IMG/VR virus record: IMGVR_UViG_3300046010_013872 | Location: 1 to 26,716 of that record | DNA length: 26,716 nt | Reading direction: 5' to 3' (one strand) | Origin: a virus | Taxonomy: Duplodnaviria; Caudoviricetes | Shown here: one piece after another, positions 15,713 to 24,200 of the stretch | Layout: every line of letters begins with the position of its first letter | How positions within the stretch are numbered: position 1 is the stretch's first letter | Made by a program: the position numbers and the translations under genes | Notes under the pieces: model-generated | The model's database searches: none | What the model saw: only the letters and a program-made list of their open reading frames with translations | Told to the model about the DNA's origin: nothing

Positions 15713-17293
15713 TCAACACTTCCAACGACGCCTTGCTTTACAAATTGGTTTATCTGGGGTCTTAGAGCAATCAATATTATGCATTTCTTGTTGACCCTTT
15801 GATCTTGTACAATAATTAATTCTTCTTTGTTTTCTTTTCCCTGATGGATTTTTTTCTGTTACTGCCGTTTTTAATTTTGAACCTGGATTTTCTCTTCTAT
15901 AAACATCTACCGCCTTTTGACTCATCCCATCAGTTTTGTCTTTTTTATTAACTTTTTGCCAATCCTCTCTCACCTGAACAATAGGAGTGCTTGAATCCAT
16001 TTCACAAGGTACGTAACTAATTACTCTGGCCTCTGGATAAACCTTATTTACCGCATAAGTAATCTCGTCTCTTCTAGGAGTTCCTAATTGAGGGAAGAAC
16101 ATCTGAACCGAAAGGTGCTTACCCCTCCAATTGATAAGAACCCTAAGAAGCTGACCAGTTTGCATTGGAAGGCGAGTTGTTGCCTCATCAAGACTCTTCC
16201 AGGAACCGCCTCTTTTTTTATACCACTTAGATGCCCATAAATTTGCATAGGCACTTGGATAAACATCAAATTTTTGTTTTGCTAATGACTTTGCCTTAGA
16301 CCAAAGTTCAGGATTGGTTGGCTCATTTTTTTCTTCTAAAAATTCAAGATCCTCGTCTATTTTAGTTTTTACAAATACAGGTTTTCTTCCTTTAGGGCCT
16401 TCGCCTTTTTCATCATAACCAGCCTTATCCTGGGCGTCTCTTTTTCTTTTTACAAAACTTGCAATTCCTTCTTTTCCTAATTTATTTGCCTTTTCTTTTG
16501 ATAGACACGCCGAGTATGGATCACCTTCTTTTGCATCACCGCATTTACCAACTCTTTCTCCTTCACTGTTATACCTGTCCCAACCACCGCCACCAACTCC
16601 ATCTTTAAGCCAATCTCTAAGGTCTTCATTCAGCTCGGCACCCTTTTCCATCTTATGGAGCCTAGAATAATAATCAGGAATTTCGTCTAGATGGTGAAGT
16701 GCAATAGTTTCGGCCTCTCCGATATCGCTGGTGTGTTCCATTTCAATTTTAATACCCTTTTGCAATTGCTTTTCAAGTGATTCAATGGAGACTTTATGTT
16801 TTTTTGCAATTGCATTTAGCTTTTTTGGCTTTTTTGTGTCACATCCCGGCTTATCGCCCATCATTTCAGCCAGGATTTTATCAACCAGAGAGGTTTCTTC
16901 TGGAAGTTGAGGACCTCTTTTTGAAAGCATTGTTTTTGCTACTTTTTCTTCTTCTGGGCTCGGATTATTGGTTGCTTTTTGTTGTATTTTTTGTGTAGTT
17001 TTTTCTCTTTTTTGAGCCTGAGTATGTGATTTTGGGTTAATAGTGAATGAAGTGCTTTCGTCTATCTCAACATCAGACGCAAGATAATCAGCCGCAATAT
17101 CTAGATAATCACTCGCCTTTGTAATTTTCGATTGAACCCAGGCCGGGATTTGTTGATCAGAGGTCTTAATAACCTTTTTTAGTTTATTGATAGACTGGAC
17201 AATTTTTTGCATTTCAATTTTCGCACTATATCCTTCGTCATCTAATTTTTTACCAGACTGAATTTCTTTATGGTCTTCTGAAAGCCTTGCCAT
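15713..17293 (-). CDS. Multi-module Lys-rich hypothetical protein, candidate head-internal polyprotein
   Basis: 526 aa of apparent small modules (PAWVQSKI; KGIKIEMEH...PDYYSRL; GWDRYN..C; YPSAYAN.W; NWRGK..MFFP; C-terminal ICKARRRWKC). Late promoter upstream. Confidence 0.7.
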   Translation of the reverse strand: MARLSEDHKEIQSGKKLDDEGYSAKIEMQKIVQSINKLKKVIKTSDQQIPAWVQSKITKASDYLDIAADYLASDVEIDESTSFTINPKSHTQAQKREKTTQKIQQKATNNPSPEEEKVAKTMLSKRGPQLPEETSLVDKILAEMMGDKPGCDTKKPKKLNAIAKKHKVSIESLEKQLQKGIKIEMEHTSDIGEAETIALHHLDEIPDYYSRLHKMEKGAELNEDLRDWLKDGVGGGGWDRYNSEGERVGKCGDAKEGDPYSACLSKEKANKLGKEGIASFVKRKRDAQDKAGYDEKGEGPKGRKPVFVKTKIDEDLEFLEEKNEPTNPELWSKAKSLAKQKFDVYPSAYANLWASKWYKKRGGSWKSLDEATTRLPMQTGQLLRVLINWRGKHLSVQMFFPQLGTPRRDEITYAVNKVYPEARVISYVPCEMDSSTPIVQVREDWQKVNKKDKTDGMSQKAVDVYRRENPGSKLKTAVTEKNPSGKRKQRRINYCTRSKGQQEMHNIDCSKTPDKPICKARRRWKC

Positions 17294-17295
17294 TT

Positions 17296-17742
17296 TTAAT
17301 CTTCTTTATTCTTATTATTTAGAGATTTATTGGGTTTTAATTTCAATTCATTTTTCAATAAGGTCAAGACCTCATTAGTGGTCCCAACAAACAGGGCATT
17401 ATTTGTAACGGTACTTGCGGTTTTTTCTTGTTCTAGGTCCTTAAGTTTCTTTTGAATATCCATTAACTTTTCTGCAGAATCAGTCACTGTCTTAATAAGT
17501 TGACCCACAACCTCATAGGCCCTAGGAGAATCAGTTTCCCTGGCCAATTCTAAAATACTGTCAATTGCTTCTTGACCCTTATCAACCAGAGAAGTTAAGG
17601 TTGCTCTTGAATACTCATAATCTTGTTTGATATCTGTTTTTTGAACTCTTTCTTCTTTTATAGGTTCTATGGCAGTAGAAATGACTTCACTTTGAACCTC
17701 AATATCAAAGGCATCATTCAATTCTTTAAATTTCTTAGTCAT
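17296..17742 (-). CDS. gp16: Terminase small subunit (T4 gp16 homolog)
   Basis: DYEYSRATL, SPRAYEV..QLIK, VTNNALFVGTT. Follows gp15. Confidence 0.92.
   Translation of the reverse strand: MTKKFKELNDAFDIEVQSEVISTAIEPIKEERVQKTDIKQDYEYSRATLTSLVDKGQEAIDSILELARETDSPRAYEVVGQLIKTVTDSAEKLMDIQKKLKDLEQEKTASTVTNNALFVGTTNEVLTLLKNELKLKPNKSLNNKNKED
17316..17322 (-). promoter_or_regulatory. Late promoter (CTAAATA) within the gp16 3' end, serving the 526-aa ORF
   Basis: CTAAATAATAAG about 20 nt upstream of the ATG at 17293; same 12-mer as at 15681-15692. Confidence 0.6.
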
Positions 17743-17746
17743 GGTA

Positions 17747-18748
17747 TTATGTAAATGTGCTTATGAAACCAAATAAATCATTTGGTGGAATTAAATTATT
17801 ATCTACTGTAGTTATATTTAATACATCAGACCCCGAAACATGCAACTGGGCCTGGGTCTCATAAATCCCTCTAATTACATTGATTGAATCAGCATTTACG
17901 GTCTCAATATAAAGAGTCTCATTATTAATTTGAATTATGCTTTGGGGAGTCAAATTAGAGACGTCATCAACATAAATTAACTTGTCGCCGGAAGCGGTGT
18001 CTTGTTTAACAGTTGTCACAATAGTACCAGTATAATTTTTGGCCGCTTTTGGAGTAACTGTGATGTCAATATCGTTGTTTATGGTATTTGAGTTTTCTCC
18101 TGCAGCAAAACCAAGAGTTACCTTATTGATAATATTATTTTCAATAGAAGTCCCGGAAATTGGCAAGAACATATAAGTTTTTGCAGTGAACTTCAATGTC
18201 CAAATCAGGGCTCTTCTCTGTTCAAAATTTACATCATAATTATCGCTTAATGAAATATTATCCAGGGTAAATTTTATGTCTCTTTTTTCATTAATTTCTT
18301 CAATAAGAGTTATGGTTATAGTATAATGTGGCTGAAAATAAGGAAGAATTTGTTCCACAATCTGGAACATATCATCCTCTAACTTAGTAAAAATACTTAG
18401 TTCAAAATTGATGTTGTATGGTACAGGTAAATAAGATCTTCTTGGTTTATTATTATCATCTGTTGCTGTAAAGGCTCTCATTGTACCACCCTTTCTCTGA
18501 GAATCATAAGAAAGACCTATAATCTCCATAGACATTCTAGGAGTTGTAATTTGAATAGGTTTGTTTAGATCCGGTGATTGTTCTAGTCTGGCCAAGAATT
18601 TTTGAGTTGGACCATAAGCAAAGGAAACTTTTTGGGTTGATACAACCCTTCCTTCATCATTTTTATGTTTGATGTAAATATTATTAAACAATGTGCCAAA
18701 GGCAATAACCGTTTTTCTTATGGCCTCGTAATAAAAATGTTCAAACAT
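17747..18748 (-). CDS. gp15: Tail sheath stabiliser / tail terminator (T4 gp15 homolog)
   Basis: HFYYEAIRKTVIAFGTLFNNI, PRMSMEI, PVPYNINFEL, QIVEQILPYFQP. C-terminal extension. Confidence 0.92.
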   Translation of the reverse strand: MFEHFYYEAIRKTVIAFGTLFNNIYIKHKNDEGRVVSTQKVSFAYGPTQKFLARLEQSPDLNKPIQITTPRMSMEIIGLSYDSQRKGGTMRAFTATDDNNKPRRSYLPVPYNINFELSIFTKLEDDMFQIVEQILPYFQPHYTITITLIEEINEKRDIKFTLDNISLSDNYDVNFEQRRALIWTLKFTAKTYMFLPISGTSIENNIINKVTLGFAAGENSNTINNDIDITVTPKAAKNYTGTIVTTVKQDTASGDKLIYVDDVSNLTPQSIIQINNETLYIETVNADSINVIRGIYETQAQLHVSGSDVLNITTVDNNLIPPNDLFGFISTFT

Positions 18749-20154
18749 TATGGCACCCCGAATGGATTTCTTTCGCTAAAGTCAAGTATTTCATTGGCGG
18801 CTATTTGGATATCGTCGTTTTGGGTAAACCCATCAAACGCTATTCCGTCTTCAATTTTTTCGTCTATAGTTATTAACTGATTGCCGCTAATAATCTGATA
18901 ACTGGCCCCAGATTCCTGGCCAACGATTAATTCACCCACAGTAAATGGTCCAGATGTATTGGATAATTGGAGCCTTAAAGTCTGGGCATTCCAATCTTTA
19001 ACCCTGGCCGTCATGCTAGATGCACTACCGACAACTTCTTCATTAAAAATATAAGTACCAAAACCGGCGCTATAAGGAGTATCAATAACAATTGATGGTG
19101 CAGTTGTATAACCCAAACCAGCATCAATCATATTAATTTGTGAAATAGAACCATTGTTAAGAACAGCAACCGCGATAGCAGAACTTGTTGCGGCTCCGAC
19201 AAAAGTAATATTTGGAGGCGTTAGGAACCCAGATCCGCCATTTGTGACGCTCACAATACCAACAATACCGTCACCAATTGTTGCAAATGCCTGGGCGCCG
19301 CCTCCACCACCGCCACTGAATGAAACCGATGGAGCAACAGTATATCCAAAACCAGTATTTGTTAGTTGAACAGATTGGACCCTGAGAAGAGTTGCGTCTG
19401 GTTCACAAAGATCAACAATACCAGAAATCATTGATGCAATACCAGCAGCAGTTTCTCCAGGAGGAGGAGCCGCCGAAAATGAAACCTGAGGAGGAATTTT
19501 ATACCCATCGCCCCTATTGGTTACAGTAACAAATCTGACACCACCATTAACAATAGTGGCCGTGGCAGATGCGGTTGCACCAATACCCAACATATTGTAA
19601 ATTTCAGTATACCCTTCGTTTATTGTATTGTCATCAATGAAATCAATACCAGTCGCAATTGTTTCGTCTTGATACCTAAAGAGTTCACATTTTAAATTAT
19701 AAACATAAGTTTTTTGTAGTTGATAAAAGGGGATTTCATGTTCAATAAATTTTATTTCAAACAATCTGTCACCTAAAGGAAACCAAATTAGATCACCTTC
19801 TTTTGGTCTGTCTGGTAGTTTTATGTTCGGAATATTTTTAATTAATGGAGTAATATAGGTTTCATATCTTTCTTTTGATATAATAAGAGTAATATCAGTG
19901 CTTGGTTGAATACCAAACTTACTTAAAAGAACACCGGCACCTTCATAACCCTCATAAGTGTCAATATAGGCCTCTAAAGGAAAGGCATTACTAAATTTAG
20001 ATTCTATTACTTCTCTTATGACCGTTCTTTTTGTGACATACTCTCTAGGAAGATAATAAACATCTACACCATGGATCTGTATGGCCTCTTTTACTAGGTC
20101 GTTTATGAGACCCTGTTCAGTTTTTGAACCCTGGAGAAAGAACGGATTTAACAT
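18748..20154 (-). CDS. gp14: Neck protein (T4 gp14 homolog) with repeat insertion
   Basis: EQGLINDLVKEAIQIHGVDVYYLPRE, RPKEGDLIWFP, LFEIKFIE, ILDFSERNPFG. Four G.GY..PP.V-type repeats in the C-terminal half. Confidence 0.92.
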   Translation of the reverse strand: MLNPFFLQGSKTEQGLINDLVKEAIQIHGVDVYYLPREYVTKRTVIREVIESKFSNAFPLEAYIDTYEGYEGAGVLLSKFGIQPSTDITLIISKERYETYITPLIKNIPNIKLPDRPKEGDLIWFPLGDRLFEIKFIEHEIPFYQLQKTYVYNLKCELFRYQDETIATGIDFIDDNTINEGYTEIYNMLGIGATASATATIVNGGVRFVTVTNRGDGYKIPPQVSFSAAPPPGETAAGIASMISGIVDLCEPDATLLRVQSVQLTNTGFGYTVAPSVSFSGGGGGGAQAFATIGDGIVGIVSVTNGGSGFLTPPNITFVGAATSSAIAVAVLNNGSISQINMIDAGLGYTTAPSIVIDTPYSAGFGTYIFNEEVVGSASSMTARVKDWNAQTLRLQLSNTSGPFTVGELIVGQESGASYQIISGNQLITIDEKIEDGIAFDGFTQNDDIQIAANEILDFSERNPFGVP

Positions 20155-20157
20155 AAA

Positions 20158-20976
20158 TTATCCTATAAGATCGAAGCTTGGCATCTCGTATGATGAACTC
20201 ATACGCTCCATAATCATATCAATTTCCTTTTGGGCATCATCATACATTTCCCGACCATTTAACTCAACCCCACCAGGAAGTTTTACTCCTCTAAACTTAA
20301 TAAGATTCTGACCCCACTGCCTTTTGATAAGTGCCGTTAGATACTGTTTAAGAAAACTATCGTTCCAGACTTTTGTTGAATCTGATGGATCAAGAGCCCT
20401 ATAACAATCAATAAGAAGAATGTTACCGGGAGAAACTGTTTTCCAATCAATATCAATATAAAGTTTAGTGTCTCTTTTATTAAACCTTACCATAATATCT
20501 GGACTCAAAATCCAGTCAAGATCCTCAAGATATCTTTTGACTGAAAAATAGGTCAGGATGTCTGTGGAGCCCCAATAATAAAGATCATTAAGTAGTAATT
20601 GATACTTGAAGTTAAACATACCATAACCAAGACTATTTCCACCAAATAGTTTGAAGATTTTATTAATACCGATTACGTGATCCGGGATTTCGATGTAATT
20701 AGAATTTTCTCGATATGTATAAGTTTTGGCAATACCGACTTTTGAAGAAACTCCTTCTCCGGTTTTGCCTCTGGCCCGGTCAATATCTTCTTGGGTTATC
20801 TCGTATTTTAAAAATGTCTGGGCCACACCATCAAAATGCCTTTCTTGAAAAAGTTGAATAGCATCATCAACCAGATCATCTATTTGTTCATCAGCCACGT
20901 TAATTTCTAAAACCGGGGCTCCGAGTTTTCTTTTACAATAATCGACTAGTTCTTGCCTTGAGGAGGGTTTTGCCAT
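20158..20976 (-). CDS. gp13: Neck protein (T4 gp13 homolog)
   Basis: LVDYCKRKLGAPVLEINV, LKQYLTALIKRQWGQNL.KF.GVKLPGGVELNG. Confidence 0.94.
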   Translation of the reverse strand: MAKPSSRQELVDYCKRKLGAPVLEINVADEQIDDLVDDAIQLFQERHFDGVAQTFLKYEITQEDIDRARGKTGEGVSSKVGIAKTYTYRENSNYIEIPDHVIGINKIFKLFGGNSLGYGMFNFKYQLLLNDLYYWGSTDILTYFSVKRYLEDLDWILSPDIMVRFNKRDTKLYIDIDWKTVSPGNILLIDCYRALDPSDSTKVWNDSFLKQYLTALIKRQWGQNLIKFRGVKLPGGVELNGREMYDDAQKEIDMIMERMSSSYEMPSFDLIG

Positions 20977-20981
20977 TGTTT

Positions 20982-21203
20982 TTAACTATTTAACAACTTT
21001 AAAATAAGTTCTTTTATTTCTTTAACATCGGTTTTAATTTCATCAACTTCTTGTTGAAGTTCTTCTAATTTTGCCTTTGAATTTATTTTTCTTATGTAAC
21101 TATTTACATAATTTTTATACTCTGTTTCATCAGTATTGATTATTCCATTTGAATTAATGTCTCTCAAAAGATGATCATTATCTTTTACTTTTAAATAAGT
21201 CAT
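20982..21203 (-). CDS. Small coiled-coil hypothetical protein upstream of gp13
   Basis: 73 aa: LKVKDNDHLLRD..SNGIINTD plus a C-terminal heptad (LQQEVDEIKTDVKEIKELI). Fills the gap between its neighbours. Confidence 0.8.
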   Translation of the reverse strand: MTYLKVKDNDHLLRDINSNGIINTDETEYKNYVNSYIRKINSKAKLEELQQEVDEIKTDVKEIKELILKLLNS

Positions 21204-21205
21204 AT

Positions 21206-24200
21206 TTAAATCCTAGGTTTGACTGTTGCAATGGCCCTTAATTCTCTAATTAGAGGAGGGGTTGCCTGATTACTACTTGCACCCACAATTTTTATTGCAA
21301 ATGCACTAAAATCGGGAAGATCATCAATTGAATACTCATAGTCCTTAAAGGCCCGGTCTGATGTTTCTTGAACAAAAGAATCTGCAGATCCATTATTCTT
21401 AGAAGGATCAATAACTCTCTTAATTCCTGAACCATCTACCCGATAATTAGAATAACCAGGGAATAGGTTAAATGAAGGCTCAGTATTGGATTCATCATCT
21501 CTAAAGATTTGATAAAGAACCCTGATGTCATTTAGATCATTTCGGCTTGCGCTAAGGATAACCTTAATAGCATTTGCAGGGATTTTTAGTCTTACTGGTT
21601 TTGATAGATATACAAGATTATGATTGTCGTTATTGAGACTTCTTACATTAGAGTCAAGGCTATAATCAGAGTCTTCACCAATTCCATTTGGATTATTAAT
21701 TAGGTTAGAGTATAAAGTCACTGCGGCATTGACAGTATCGATAACCGGAGATACTCTTGAGTCAGTCGTGGTCATAAGCATTTCAAAGGTCAAAGACTTA
21801 TTACCAGGAGAGGAAGTCATAAACCTCTCTTCATTAACCCTAGAGCAAATTAGTTTTGGCTCATTAAAATAGGTCTGAGTATCTAACGTGATATTTTCAA
21901 ATCCTCTATCAACGAATGATTTTTCATTACCACCAACACTTGTTCCAGTAAAGGTTCTAATTTTAGTAGAAATATTGGTTTTTGCTGGAATAAGATTGGC
22001 AACATCAAGAGAAATTGATTCATATTGAATATTATTAGAAACAATTGTTCCAGAAATGCCTCCTTGGAAATGCTTTCTAAAATAAAGATTATTTTCTCTA
22101 TTTGTCCCAATAACATTGTTCAGGAAATCAGTATCGGAAGTATCAATTTTTATAAAATAATTATTAAGATCAATTGGGAATCGACCAGTATTTGTAGGAT
22201 CAACTTCAGCAAAATTATGAGTCTTATTGATTCTCCTTAGAGAAATTCCATTGAATTCGTACTTATAAACCCTAGTATTGTTTTGATATAAAATAGGAAG
22301 GGTCCCGTCAATACCTCTGGTTATTCCAGTAAACGTATTACCAGAAATACCAGTATAAGAAACAATTTCCTCACCGATTATTAAGTATCCAGGATTTGAT
22401 CCACTTACAGTTAATCCTTCAAAAGTGTTAAAACCAGAAGTAGAAACAACAGAAATTGGAGTTGTTTGAGTAGAAGAAACCGCCGAAGATAGTCTTGTAT
22501 TTAAATCATTATTTCCTGGCCTAAACTTACTAATGGTTACATAATTTTCAGAGGAATGCATACAATGATTTTGCTGATAAACCTTCATGTGAAGGCCGTC
22601 ATAATACTGATCCTCAGTTATTGAGGAAATTGTTACTCCAGATCCAACTGTTGTAGATACCCCAGAAGAGTTTACAAAGTTTACGGTTGTTATACCAACC
22701 GAGAAGGTTCCTTGAACCTCGTCTAGAACAAATGAATTGAGAGAACCAATATTGGTTACGGTCAGTTTACCGCCAAATCCGACTCCTTGCCCGATAGGCG
22801 GGACGACAAGAGAATCGCCTACCAGATAACCAGAACCACCATTTGTAATACTTACTGAATTTATTAGGTTGTTTGATACAACAATAGTAGCAATAGCTCC
22901 TATACCAAATCCTGTTTCGGTTTCTAGATTAACCCCAGTAAATGTTCCATTGGTATACCCAAAACCTACATTACTAATTGTTACACCGGCCCCAGCAACA
23001 CTTCCGGCAATTCCGGTTAATACTGCACTTGCCGAGCCTTGTCGGATAGTTACACCAGGAGTAACATTTGGAGAATAACCAGTTGAACCAAGACCAACAA
23101 TTATTTTCTTTGATAAGAATTCAAATTGATTTGGCCCAGTAACAGAAACCTTTTTGTTTCCAATATCCAACTTTGGATTGAAGAGTCTAACAATTCCTTC
23201 ATTAACGAAATCTGCCCGGTTAATTTTATATTTTAAGTCCTCTAGTTGAGAAGGCGTCCAAACACTACCATTTTGGGATTTAAACATGCTCCCTAGGGTT
23301 GGTTGGCTAGAGACCTTAACTCCAGTAGCAATATCATTTTGACCCAGCTGGGTTATAAAGACACGATAATTAGGACTATTTGAAAGAAGAACTATCGCAT
23401 ACTCGGCCTGGGTAATGCTGGCAATAGGAGATTGTCTGACGGTTTGTTGCTTTGGACCCTGGAGGAAAACGGGGGAACTAAAAATAAACTTAGTAGAAAC
23501 CGAACCATCAACCGAAAGATTTACTTTATCTGGAGTAAGGGTTACTTCAGAGAACGGAACAACAACATTACTTGGAACCCCGGCAAGTAGTGGCCTAATT
23601 TGAAGTGTAACTGGGAGATTATTGGAATCCTTTGTCTCAAAGAAAACCTCAACAGAAGTCAAGAACACTCCAGTGTCTTCAAAAACATAAAAAGACTGGG
23701 CTAGTGGATCATATGGTTGTTGAATATTAACTACACCAGGACTTATCTGTTGACTACTACTAGATGTATTGGTTGTTACATTATTGATAGTAGTAGTATT
23801 AATATTTCTCGGTGGAATGATTCTAATATTTCTGGTTGTTAGAATATTATTTTCTGTAATATTCGTTATGCCACTTGAAGTAAACTCGGTTTCGGCACTA
23901 CTTTCATTGATTCTAGAGTCAGGTGAAAACTCTACCAATTTAAGTTGGTCTAGGTCAGAAGTGTCAATTAGTGTAAAGGTATTTTCACCATTTATCCACT
24001 TGGGATTTCCAATTACATTAGGATCAGGAATATAAAGAGATCCAATTAGGCGCCCGCTATTATCAGACAGCAAATTAATTCTTGTGACCCTGGCAACGGC
24101 TCCTGAAGAAGTGCCAATAAGACGCATATTGGGAGAAACCTGACCATAAAAATCGGTTTCGGTCTGAAGTTCTAGTGATCTAGTGTCAACATTTAAAACA

